Positions 42,744-55,205 of a DNA stretch of 64,000 bases are shown piece after piece. How positions within the stretch are numbered: the first letter of the stretch is position 1; each line of letters starts with the position of its first letter. The DNA comes from Paraspadella gotoi (Eukaryota; Animalia; Chaetognatha): assembly GCA_051294375.1 (NCBI GenBank), contig CM119269.1, positions 584,272 to 648,271 of the forward strand. Direction: 5' to 3'. The notes under the pieces are model-generated. The model made no database searches. It was not told the DNA's origin and saw only the letters and a program-made list of their open reading frames with translations. Position numbers and translations under genes: made by a program.

Positions 42744-42914
42744 ATAAACACAAGAAAGTGCTTCAACGTTCCGTTTAGAATCATTAGTTTAACAATATAA
42801 AATGTTTCAATTTGTATTCGATTTTCATAGTGTTTTTCATTTTCACAAAAAGGCGTAAGCTTCGTAAATAATACAAAAAATATTAAAGGTCAAACAAAAG
42901 TTGAACTTTCAAGG

Positions 42915-43448
42915 ATGGCAGCCCCCTCCATGTCTTCACTCGTGCCACGCAATTTTGTGTTGCTGGAAGAATTAGATGCGGGTCAAAAGGTGAGTTGTAC
43001 TTATAATTGAGAACTATTTCAACGATATTGATATTATTGATAGAGCAGCCCAACAACCGATTTCCTCTACATGCGGTTTTTTTAGGGCGCTGGCGACGGG
43101 ACTATATCGTGGGGTCTTGAGGACGACGAAGACATGTCTCTGACGAGGTGGAACGGCATGATAATCGGACCGCCTCGCACTCCTTACGAGAACCGAGTTT
43201 ACCAGATAAAGCTGATGTGCGGCGAGCGCTACCCCGACGAACCCCCGACGCTCAAGTTCATCACAAAGATCAACATCGGCTGCATCTCCTCCGACGGAAC
43301 CATCAATCGCAAAGACGTACCCTGCTTGAACAAATGGAAACGGGATAACTCGATCAAAACCATATTGCAGGAACTCCGGCGCCAGATGACGCAGAAAGAT
43401 AACTTGAAGCTTCCCCAGCCGCCGGAAGGACATACCTTTACGTGTTAA
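42915..43448 (+). CDS. UBE2V: Ubiquitin-conjugating enzyme E2 variant (UEV1/MMS2); exons 42915-42989 and 43086-43448
   Basis: [16 protein letters not shown]|[39 protein letters not shown]...KLPQPPEG. Confidence 0.95.
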
Positions 43449-45010
43449 GCGATAGCGCTGAAGGGAGCTTGTCCCACCCCACCCCTACTATAACCTACCC
43501 CCGTTGATTCGTTGCGGGATAATTGCGGAAGGGAGGGTCTTTTGTTTCAAGGAAGTTTTTTCGTCGGTAATTAGTTGCGAGCACTGGGTGAATATGAAGC
43601 GTGGGATTGTATCCTGTCTATTTCATTTAACTATCCCTTCATTCTTCTGTCGTATTTGCTGGATAGAGGATGTGGTTATTTTCTTGAAAGAGCTCAAAAA
43701 TTTAACTTTGAAAAAGAAATATTGGGTTTTATGAACTTTGAAGCATAGAATAATGTACAGTAATTATTTTGGTGGTTTGTTTTGTTTTTTTTGTTCTTTT
43801 TTTTGCGATTTTTACTGTGTATCAAATAGTGATCAAATGCCTTCATTTCATCCCATCCCACACGTAAGAGGAGTATTAGACCAAATTTTAAAAAAATTGT
43901 CGCAGAATACATGCTAAGCGTTCTTAACTTCTTTAAAACGTGATAAATTGGACGCTGATTCACTTTCAATAATTTAAGTACAAACCATTTTCGAACTTAA
44001 GATGAAGTTATAGGTGGAATTAAAATATTTACAAAATAACAATCGTTCATGACGGTTGTTGCGCACTACATACAATATGATTTGTTTTAATGCTTTATTA
44101 TACGATGATACGTAGTCAATCGTTACCTTGTTTAGGGCAAACGCTTTATAAGTATAAATATAAATATAATATAATTAAATATAATATTAAAATTTTCGTG
44201 AAGTTTTCTTCAAAAAAAATGAATAAACCAATTTCATGCCATCGTTTAATTTTGTAATTGAACTAGTCCTATTGTATTTCATTTCGCTAAATCAGTTGTA
44301 ACAATATTAAAAACTGCACTTTGAATAAGTTAAATTTGTACATTGAATCCTTTTCTGCTTATGTTTACCGTCCCGATTGCTTAATAAACGTTGCTGACCA
44401 AAAAATTCAATCACTAAGCTAATCATAATTAAGCCGTTAAAACTAATTTCATCTCTTCAGCTAGCCAGTGTGTTTTATTTTTCCTAAAAATAATTTAGTT
44501 AAGCTACATTTAAGGCGCCTTTGTTTAAATTTTTTTTAAAAATCTTTCGACCGTAAAACCCAGTAATTTCTTTTAGTTTAAGTCTTTCAGTTTGGTTTTT
44601 ACTTCATTATGATGAACAATATTTATGCGAACATTCTACTACCGGTAGTTAAAACAAAGCGCTTTTGAAAACCGCAATTACTGAACTAATTAACTCTGTG
44701 ACCTATTATTATTCGTTTTTAGCTAAACCTTCGCGGTAAAGTTCTAAAATGAGTTTCTAAAAATGTTATCAATTATATTAATAAGTAATTTTTGTTTCAA
44801 AAACCTGTTTATCAGAATACAGCATACTGGCTTTTTTGATGGAGATTCCCTGCTTCCTCTGGGTGGAACGCGGGCTTTTTTACCTAGTAGTTATACCCAA
44901 TAATTCGAAACATAATGCATATTGCATAACTTAGACTATTCGTTATGAAAAGTTTAAAGTAAAATTTTTTTAATCTATCACTACAGGGCATTTTTCCAAT
45001 ATCTAATAAG

Positions 45011-45817
45011 ATGACTTTTCTCAATTATGCGCCTTTGTTTGTTGCGCTTTCAATTATTTTCAACGTATCCCTCTGCGCCAACGGATCCCTCTGCGCCAAT
45101 GGATCCCTCTGCGCCAATGGATCCATCTGCGCTAACGAAACCATCTGCGCCAACGAATCCCTCTGCGCCAACGAATCCCTCTGCGGCAACGGATCCCTCT
45201 GCGCCAACGGATCCCTCTGCGCCAATGGATCCCTCTGCGCCCTTGGATCCTTCCATGCAATTGAATCACTCCATGCCAACGGATCCCTCTGCGCCAACAG
45301 ATCTCTCCATGCTAATGGATCCCTCTGTGCCAACGGATCACCTCATGCTCATGGATCCCTCTGCGCCAACGGATCCCTTTGCGCCGACAAATCCCTCTGC
45401 GCCAACAGATCCCTCTGCGCCAACAGATCCTTCTGCGCCAATGGATCCATCTGCGCCAATGGATCCCACTGCGACAATGGATCCCTCTGCGCCAATGGAT
45501 CCCTCTGCGGCAATAGATCCTTCCATGCAAATGGATCACTCCATGCCAACGGATCACTCCATGCCAACGTATCACTCCATGCCAACGGATCACTCCATTC
45601 CAATGGATCACTCCATGCCAACGGATCCCTCTGCGCCAACGGATCACTCCATGCCAACGGATCCCTCTGCGCCATCGGATCCCTCTGCGCCAACGGATCA
45701 CTCCATGTCAATGGATCACTCCATGCCAACGGATCCCTCTGCGCCAACGGATCACTCCATGTCAATGGATCCCTCTCCTCCAACGGATCCCTTTGCTCCA
45801 AAGGATCCCTCTGCTGA
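45011..45817 (+). CDS. Possible secreted hexapeptide-repeat protein (ANGSLC/ANGSLH)n spanning the minisatellite; hypothetical
   Basis: ATG plus a 17-residue hydrophobic leader precedes the array, and TGA immediately follows it. The unit is also open in other frames, so the ORF may be incidental. Confidence 0.25.
   Translation: MTFLNYAPLFVALSIIFNVSLCANGSLCANGSLCANGSICANETICANESLCANESLCGNGSLCANGSLCANGSLCALGSFHAIESLHANGSLCANRSLHANGSLCANGSPHAHGSLCANGSLCADKSLCANRSLCANRSFCANGSICANGSHCDNGSLCANGSLCGNRSFHANGSLHANGSLHANVSLHANGSLHSNGSLHANGSLCANGSLHANGSLCAIGSLCANGSLHVNGSLHANGSLCANGSLHVNGSLSSNGSLCSKGSLC
45062..45815 (+). repeat. 18-bp minisatellite, ~42 copies (GCCAAYGGATCCCTCTGC / GCCAACGGATCACTCCAT)
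   Basis: Contiguous in-register tandem units with point variants and no spacers. Confidence 0.97.
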
Positions 45818-46333
45818 ATAAGAATTTCTCGCTACCAGCGGTGCCTCGCCCGAAAAAGGGTCTGTGTTCAAAGCTCGCAACAGTTTCGGCAGTCTCCGTC
45901 TCTTCGGAAATCGTCGAGGCAGAGCAAAAAAAACCCTTCAAATTCAATGTTAATAATCCTCGTTCTTCGCGCTCGTCATTCTGATCGGAGGAACTTGCCG
46001 GTTGCTCAAAACTCAAAAATATTAACGAGGCACATTTTAAGATTTAAGATCCTTGATCTTTTGTATTATCGGACGCTCGATATTTTGTTCAGTAATAATT
46101 TAGTATTTTTAGTTTTTCTCATTCAATTCGTTTCGTATTTTACTTTCTCTTATCTAGTGCATGCCTCTCCAAAGATAGAAGCAATTCGCTTTTTTTGTTA
46201 GATTTTTGATATTAAAGCTCGAAATAAGCTTCTTTTTTTTATGTTACATTTACAGCGTAAAAAGACGATTACGCCTCAGAGAAAATGCTAGTAAAATTAA
46301 TTAATTAAAACTTGTGAAAGAACGCCAGAAACT

Positions 46334-47805
46334 ATGAGCTTTATTGAAGGTTTCGGCGACGAACTCATCGTCTTCATCCTACTCGTCAGCATCTTTGCTG
46401 CTTTGATCCTCGCCTGGATGTCAACGCACGTGCGGGATCCTCCGGACATTATTCGACAAACACAAACTGGTGGAGTCGTATCCCAAACCTTGGACTTTCC
46501 AGGTTCGCATTGTTTATGGGAATCGTACATATCTTAAGTTTTAATATTATTTAAATTTTCTTTAGGTTCTATCGAGGACGACCTTGAACGAATTGCCAGC
46601 GAGATAGAGGAAGAGGCGGAAGCCGTCGAAAACGAACTCTCCGTCTTGACTCTTCAGCGGTCGGCGTTTTTGCAGACCCTTGCGGCTGGGGAAACCACGA
46701 GAGATGACGACGACGCCGAGGAAGCCGAACTTTCATCGGCGCCGGAGAATTCCAACGACGAAAATGAAGGTAAGTTTAAAAACTGTCGTCGTCGAGTGTA
46801 TACGTTCTACGCATAGACTAAAATCTGTTCTGCCACTTTCTGTCAAGGGTCAATTCCTACGTACGAGTTTCCTTGTCCTCATGAGGACGGAGCCGCCACT
46901 TCTGGGGATGCACTGGAAAATCCGTCGCCATCCCATCGCCTCTCCGACGAGCCCGTTCCTGACGAATCGTCAATTCCCAATTTTGCCTCGTTTAATTCGT
47001 TTGACCCGCCCTCTGTTTCCAACGCTGGTTTGAGTCGTCGCCGTACAAATCACGGGGATTCCAATGGTAAACTACTTTTTATTTTACTTTTGATAACATT
47101 TTCTAATAGTCTATGGCGATTAGTATAAAATATTAAAAGCAAGCAATTTTCAATGCCTTTGTCACCTTTTGCAGAATTTATAACGGGTGATCCATCACAA
47201 ACTCATCAAACATTGGAAGGTCACATGATCGTGAGAATAAAGTTTCTCAACGACGTAATTAAAGAAACCCGAGTTAAATCGACCGATACGATCAGAGACT
47301 TTAAAGGTATGGAGATTTAATCACTATCAAAATTAAGGTTTATTTGAATCTTCTTTAATAATCACATACAGCCCAGTATTTTGCGGAGGAGATGGCGTCA
47401 AGAAGTCGGGTTCGACTCATATTTAATGGGCAGCTCCTGGCGGACAATCTTTCCTTCGCTCATTACAACATTACCAACAATACCGTGGTTCACTGCCTCG
47501 TCTCGCGCGGAACTCCCGGTGGGACGGCCGGCGGTGCAGGCAACGAAACCGAGGCCGGCTCCGCTAATACGGAGAGCATTGTTCAAGAACTGGACCTTTC
47601 CCGGCTGGCCTTTCCTTTAGTGGCGGTCATTCTTGGCTGCGTTTGGTACTTTCGGGTTCAGTACAGACAGTTTTTTAACGCGACGTCGAGCGTGGCGCTC
47701 ATGTTTCTCACGGTGGTTTTCTTTTTCTGCGTCTATACTTCATTGCGAAATCGAACCAACGAAAACCTGAGGCAACCACCGCCCCCTGCTGAACTACCAG
47801 GTTGA
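46334..47805 (+). CDS. TMUB: Transmembrane and ubiquitin-like domain-containing protein (TMUB1/2), multi-exon
   Basis: N-terminus MSFIEGFGDE...LAWMSTHV, UBL (VRIKFLND...VRLIFNGQLL.D...NTVVHCLVS), and C-terminal TMs (CVWYFRVQYRQFFNATSS). Confidence 0.9.
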
Positions 47806-48376
47806 GTCTGGGAATCAAAATTCATATTATTCTAGTCCATTCAAGATGCATATTCAGTAATGTTTTGCGTCCATTTTTTTGTGATAGTCTAGCAATGACC
47901 GAGTTATTAATATACCTATATGGTTCAGATCCAAATCCCTTTATCGTTATACCGAAACGATCACCCTAATTTCTCTTTTCAATTCCATTTTTACTCTTTG
48001 CAAAATCTAATAAAGCGATAAAAACTTTCTGGTCAATTTTTTTTTCGTACATTATTTAAAACTAGCAATAACTTGGACTGTTAGAAGAAAGTTTCAGCAA
48101 GTTAAATTTAAGTTAATGTTATATTTTTTTTTTTTGGACCATTTTTATACTAAGAGCTTGGTTACTAAGTTTCCCTCAAATTCCACCTTAAGGTTTGAAC
48201 GTTTGATCTGGTTGTTTCAGTATAAATTATTTGCACAACATTTTGTTTAAACTTCAACTAGATAACTAATTAGTTACATGATTCATCACGATTTTTGATA
48301 GGTTGCTTGTAAAACTCGAAGCAAAAACAAAGGTTTTATTTTGAAAATCACTATGTATACAATTACCAACCAAATG

Positions 48377-51300
48377 TTAAACTTTATCCTCATTTTCAGA
48401 CAGAACTACATTCACACTTATTTCTTGAGGCTGTGTCGCATTAATAGCAAATCTAGAAGGCAACGGTGAACGGAATTTTTCTGGACCTAAAAAAGTAATT
48501 TTAAAAATTAACCACTAAAGCTTTGGGTTTATTAATTCAAAATAACTATGTACAAATGCTTACCAATATTTACATTAACCCCGCGTGGCAATACGGTTCC
48601 CGATTTGCCATGTGGAGTCCCGCAAGTCTGTATAAATGAAGGGCAATCCAAAACTTTTGAATCATTTTGAAGCAATTTTTGTTTGTATTCCTGGATAAAA
48701 CGCAATCACCTTCGACTCCACATTTAAGCCGAGCGTCTCCCCAAAAGGCGCCGCCCTGGACGGTCGTCCGGTAAAAGGGGAGGAACACGACGGTTGCGTT
48801 CTTTGCGACAATCTGGTACCGCGTTGAGTTCGTTGATCCGGCAAAACCCGTACCGCATTCGATGGGAGGTGAGGTGTTCCGGATGCCGAGAGAATTGGCG
48901 GCTTTTTCGATCCTATATTAGCGGTCGATGTAGACGCGGCGGCAATAATAGGCGTGTGGTCCATGGGCGACATGGCGATTGGCGAAAGCATGTTGGACGG
49001 TGTCATTCTTTGTCGGTGCACCCATGGGCCAGAGGTGGTTGGTTTAGGCGAATCGTCCGGGGTAACATTGGGAGAATTTTCCCCCTCGTCTCCCTGATTG
49101 TCGGTAGGACTTTTGGAATCGGCGGGTTCCGTCGTCACTGCAGTGCGATTTCGCGAAGAGCTGCGGGAACGCTGGTGTTGGCGACCTCTGCAATTTTACG
49201 ATAAAAAAATCAATATTTTCTTAAGATAAATACGAAGCGTAGTCTTAGTTTTACCGAGATAAAGCGCGTTTGAAGTTTCCCAGAGCTTCTCCAATGGATC
49301 GTGAACGGTTATGTTTTCGCCCGCGTCGGTCACATTCTTTATCGTCGTCCGTTTCTTCAACTAATAATTCGATTTAATATTAAAATAAATACATATTGCA
49401 AATCCATACAAATTCACGTTGCCTGGAACGGGAATTGGATTTCCGACGCCGTGGCTCTTTTGCATCATTTTCATGTATTTCCGTTTTTTCGGCCCCTCCG
49501 GCATACTTTGGATATTTATATACAGTTCCTAAGTAACGGCAAGAAAGTATTAAAAGCATTATTATAACGAATCACCAACTATATAGTTTAACATACTAAA
49601 TAAATACCTGCAATGCTTTACGCGTGCAACCTTCGTCCTCGGCTTTTTTTTGATCGACGAATCGGAACATTGCATCGACCGGCCCAGGTGAGTCCGGAGG
49701 ACCAACTTTCGCTAAGAGAATATGGTACATTGCTTATCGGATATTAACAATTTTCATAAACTACAACATTGAACACTATGCATTTGGTCTACATACAGGA
49801 AGCAGGCGACGATGGATGGCGCCCTCTTCCACCGTTCGACGCGACAGAACCTAATATATTGACAGTTTTTTCCCCAGTACTGCCTCTTCTATGCCGTTTG
49901 CTGCTCTTCGATGCTACATGGTTTAAAAGCGTTAGTCTTAGTGTCCGATCTGCCTCTCCTATTTCTCATCCTCTCTAAATTTTTATTCTTGTTTGTATAT
50001 ACAGCGTGATTATTTGAAACACGCCGCTAGAAAAAATTCACCAAACAAAAATATAAAGATTTTAATATTTTGAAAAGAGATATAAAGACAAGATACTCAT
50101 TTTTTATGTATAAATTTTTTGATAATGACCAAAAAAGATGAGCAAAGTCGAGCTTTCAATAAAAAATAAAGAGAAATTCGTTTAAGCAATCATAATCTTA
50201 CTAATTTGTAATCAGGAATACCAATTATAATATAATATATATATAATATAATTATATATACCTTATTATTGACTATTTTTAAAACTAAGGTAGTCATAAT
50301 TCTGTACCTTATAACTTCGACTGGGCCTCAAAAATATATTTTTTTATGCTAGGGAATTGAAAAACATAGTATACAGTTTTTTAAAGGGCTTTTATGCAAT
50401 ATCAATATTATTATTATTTTTTAGAAAACTTTTTTATAAATATAAATCGTTCAGAAAGGTAGAGGAAGAGAATTTTTTCATTCAAAAACATATTGAGCAG
50501 CGAGATCGTTTTCTATTAAAGACAAGACCTACTCATTTTTTATGTATAGATATCATTACTTTCGGTTTACTTTAAGTATCTCTTTTCACATTTTCATTTG
50601 GCAAATTTTTTCTAGCGGAGGGTTTCAAATGGTCACGCTTATGAGTATGTGTCTAATTTTAAGTTTGCAAATTCGACGTTTCTTAATTAATATTTATACA
50701 ACCGATATAAGTTATATATACGATATAAGTTCGTAACTATCAGTTCAAACTCACCAACAGGAGACAAGAGGCCTTCAGTGGAAGAATCCAAGTCGGTCGG
50801 ATGAGACTTGAAAGGTGAGCCGTAACTTCTTTTCTCTGGTAGGGGATTAGCCCGTCTACGAAGGAACATCTCTGCGCTCTGGAATAAAATATTTTAATTA
50901 ATTCAGGTGTTCGTTGTGCATATTTCCCTCAATGAAAAATGATCTCTATCATCCATGTCTTCAACATATTTACGATAACTGAATTTGACCTGAACTAATT
51001 CCGGCGGAGCCTGAAACAGGGCGTCTACGTGAACGATCATGAAAGCCACGGCGCGCGAGAGGAGCGGCGCTTGATTCTGCAGATCAGTCGGCGCCATTTT
51101 CCGAGGACAGAGGACATGAGGAGCGAAGAGTGTTCCCAACGACTCGGATGTCATACGGTTTGAGTCGGAATGGGCGACGACGCGATGAAGAAGTAATAAT
51201 AATTTGCGAAGGAGGAGATAAGAATCGCGTGGGAGAAGCAGAAAGAGAAGTTGCAACGCCGTTTTCTGTTTCGTTGAGATAATTCGTTATGACATAAGGA

Positions 51301-52877
51301 TAAAATAGCTTTTCGGTTACCGAACCTTTTTCGTTTTATTTTTTTCGCCAGAATGAAGCGGGACATCGCTGAGTTCTGGAACTTGACAGTGAGCGTTGAA
51401 ATACTTTTCCTGGAGCAAGGGTTCCGGCAGTTCACCTTTTCGAAAAGCAGCCGCACCGAGTTAGTTTGCACCAAAGGGAGAGAACAGTGCAGGGTTAGTA
51501 GATATTATGATTTACTAAGACTTCCATCGTTTCGGTTAGAGCTTACCTAAAAAACTTTTCAAAACGTTTGCACAATCGTGCGCAGAGAAATATGGAATGC
51601 CGTCGGTTTCTTTCGCCTTTAAATTGAAGTCGCTCCCTAGAAAGAATTTATGTTGAGGGTTAATTCCTTTAAACCAAAATTAAATTATCTTTGAAATCTA
51701 AAAGTATAAGCATTTATTAACTGAATAGCTCAAAAGAGAAGCATGTACCAGTTTCCAAAAGGATCTTTAATTCTTTCTGTCTCGCCACGTTGCCCGATTT
51801 GCGAAAAAGCCCTTCAGCATTAAGATTCTCTTCGCGCGACAAAAAATCGATGAGTTGAGATATTTTTTCGATTCCGTCTTTCGTCAACTGACTTCCGAAA
51901 ATCCCGCCTAAAAAGGGAAAAAGCAACTGGTGACCTGACCGGAAAATCAGGTGGAGCGATGAAAACCATGATTGAGGAATAATTTCATTCAATTTCAGTT
52001 CCCAAAAAATACGAAAAAACTATTTTTCGTAAAATTTATAAAAAGGAAAAGGTCTTGAATCAACATAGCCTCTGCCAGCTAGAGGCAAGGTAGCTTATTT
52101 ATTATTATTATTTTAATTTCATTAACGGTGGGCACTGGGCAAGGGAAAATAATAAAGAGTGGAGGAAATCATGTAAACAGTATCGAACCATTGGCTTGGC
52201 TCTGAAGCTTGGCTTTCTTTGAGCTAGATGTCAAGCTGAACGTCCTTGTTCGCCTTCCGCTTTTCCGTGTGCCGTTCTTGTAGACCCCGTTGCTATTTAC
52301 GCAGCTACCTCGTGTCTCATCCTCCAGAAGCAACTCGAGTTCGGGGCAATTGACCAAACTAAGGTGAACAAAAATTATAAAAGACCTAAATTTTATATAT
52401 TTTCAGATATTTTTTACTTAGTTTTTATGGCGTAGTGTAAATACCTGGTAATGTAGGATCTGCACAAAACGTTAAGGTGTTCGCGGTTTACAAATCTCAA
52501 TCTATCGATAATAGAATCAGGACTTTCCCTCCAAGGATCACTCGGATCAGTCGATGAACCAGGCGACGTTTCTATATCATTTTCAAATTACGGTATGTAG
52601 TGGAAAAATACTTAAACCTTTGTAATAGCCTTTACAAACGAGAAAAATTACACTGCATATAGTATTAGAGTATTATCACTTTTAAAAGTTAATCACTTTA
52701 CGTACCAGATCTTATTACGCAGGGATTTGGTACAATAACAGAATGACGGGCGCCAATTGGCAAAGGCTGCCCTCCAACGAGGTCAGAATCTTTGGTTAAC
52801 TCTTCATCCTTTTGAGTAAAGTCGTTTTTGATGAAATGTTTCTCTTTTTCCGTTCGATTTTGGATCGCAGCCTCCAT
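48377..52877 (-). CDS. ARHGAP19: Rho GTPase-activating protein 19-like, multi-exon; 3' end uncertain
   Basis: PDSIIDRLR...YITSLVNCPEL N-terminal segment, GIFGSQLTKDGIEKISQLIDFL..NLNAEGLFRKSGNVARQ, LPEPLL, LQLLFLLLP, NRMTSESLGTLFAPHVLCP, AFMI...LFQAP, then an S/T-P-rich tail. Confidence 0.85.
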
Positions 52878-53210
52878 CGCTCTTATCTTGCCGCGGGGAA
52901 AAAAATGCAACTCTTCACCCCATCAAAGTCATCGTTTCACTTTTGCTAAACTTTTCAAACAAACTATGGTATAAAAAAATTAACTTTCAGGAATGGCACA
53001 GTGTAAACATGTGAAAAGGCCTAGTGCTAATATAGGCGTTTAGTACGAAACATAAAGACTGGTGAAAAGCCGGTGAAAAAAAAATCCATGGCGACGTAAA
53101 TTTATAACATCAGCGACGGTGGAGTACAATGAGTAGGACGAAGATCCGGCGCCATTTGTTATCCACTCGGCGTCGGGAAAGATAATCGCCGCTCTCAAAA
53201 AGAGCCAGCC

Positions 53211-55064
53211 TCATTCACCCGGAAGAGTTGTTTTATCCAAAGACGCGAAGTAAGGGTGACTCATCATAGACTTCGCGGATATCCTGTATTGAAAATATAA
53301 AAATTAATTCGCTTTTTTCCCGGCTTTAAGTTGCGCTAAAAATAAAATTATAGACCTCTTGGCAGGATCGTAAATGAGGGACTTTTGAAGGAGGTCGATA
53401 CCGTCTTTGTCCAAGTTCTTCGCTTCGGTCGACAGCGTATTGACTTTCCAACTTGGAAAATTCGATTTGTAATCGGGCAACTGCGACACCCCTAATTGAC
53501 ATGACAATAAAATGATTTCATTAATCGTTCCGTCGAAGCTGATGTCGATAATTATCGATAAATACGTAATAGGGAAAAGTGATACGTGAATGTTTAAAAT
53601 TGTTTTTTAAATATCTTTTTAATAAAACATTTTATCAAAAATATTTTTAAATAACTCAATTAAAACATTCAGCTTAATCACTATAAACCATTTAAATAGT
53701 TTATTTTAAATAATAAATATTAGTTTTCCCTTTATGATGATCAAACTTTTTAAAAATAATAACGGTTTCTTATATCAAGTTAGTAAAAATTTTAAATATC
53801 AAGTTTTATTATATAATATATTATGTTTAAATACGACAATGTTTATAATTACTAAGCTTAAAAAATATTTTTTATGAAAAAAATTTCAATAATATACAAG
53901 TTTTCATGATTTATATTTTCAATTTTGTTTTCATTAGAAATTTTAATAAAAATCACCACGAATATGTTTAACAAGATTATTTGGTAGCCTATATACAAAC
54001 CGGGCCAAGATTCCTCTGTCGGAGTCGAAAGAATTCTGAAAATTCTGAAGAGCTGATCGATTTCGGAATCCCCATGAAAGAGAGCTCGTTTCGAAGCCAT
54101 TTCTGAGAAAATGCATCCTAGAGACCACACATCCACGGGAGTGCTAAAGAGGGTAATGCAAATATTAAGAAAATCGTGTGTTACTACAAAGTTTTAACAG
54201 ACGACAGCGCACCTGTATCTCGGGGAACCCAATAGAACTTCTGGAGCGCGGTACCACAATGTGACAACTTCGTGAGTGTATACGCGTACTAATGCAAATA
54301 TCATAAAATAAATTAAAACGATCTAAAATTATGTTTTTGTCAGAAATAAATCTAACCTGGAATGCCAAATGCTCTCGCCAAACCGAAATCTGCTAATTTG
54401 ATTGCACCATTCTGATCTATCAACAGATTTTGTGGTTTTAAGTCTCTATGTAAGATTCTACGTTGGTGGCAAAAGAGAATGCCCTTGGTGATTTGATACA
54501 TGTAACTCTGCAAGTTAAGAGTGGATAGACCTTGTCAGGTGGGATATCACTAAACTTACTTTCGAAGGTTTATGAGATACTCACTTGAACCAATTTCGGA
54601 TCAATCATGGTTCCCTTAGGTAGTGAATCCATGTATTTTTTTAAATCCATCGAAAGAAACTAAATGATGAAAGACTAGTTTTTACCGCATTTTTATTTAA
54701 CCAAGAAATGAATTGAAAAGAAGCCTGACCTCAAACACCAAGTAGAGTTTGTGTTCCTGCATGAGAACGTCGAGCAGAGAGACGACATTAGGATGTTGAA
54801 CCTCCTTGAGAAGGGAGATTTCCCGAATTGCCGTCGATGGAACTCCTTCCTCTTCCGATTCTAGACGAATCTTTTTCATCGCCACGATCTGGAACGAAAA
54901 TTCATGTCCATCTGAGCACTCCGCGATTTTTCCCCAAATGTTTTACTCTTCAATACCCGATTAGTTAGTCTGTGTCTCGCTTTGTAGACAACACCATAAG
55001 TTCCTTCTCCCAGCTTCTCGAGCTTGATATAATCGTCCTGCGTGGGATGTGCTTGGGCAGACAT
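53211..55064 (-). CDS. CDK1: Cyclin-dependent kinase 1, 8 coding exons
   Basis: [86 protein letters not shown]. All junctions are GT-AG and phase-consistent. Confidence 0.96.
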
Positions 55065-55205
55065 TTTTACTGCCTAGTATTGTTAAATGTACCCTTTAGT
55101 CGGTAAATTAACTAAAGATAAATACTAAACAATATGAAAAACTCTTTGTAAACAAATCGGAGATCTTTCCGTAGAAATAAGGCAAAAAAGATTGTACGAA
55201 AATTT

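Noticed and set aside
45062-45815. CRISPR-like array
   Set aside because: Units are contiguous with no unique spacers, there are no cas genes, and the context is eukaryotic.
45025-45821. Alternative-frame and antisense ORFs over the minisatellite (PTDPSA, QRDPLA, RRGIRW, AEGSIG repeats)
   Set aside because: They are by-products of a stop-free 18-bp unit, and none has a leader or other independent support for coding.
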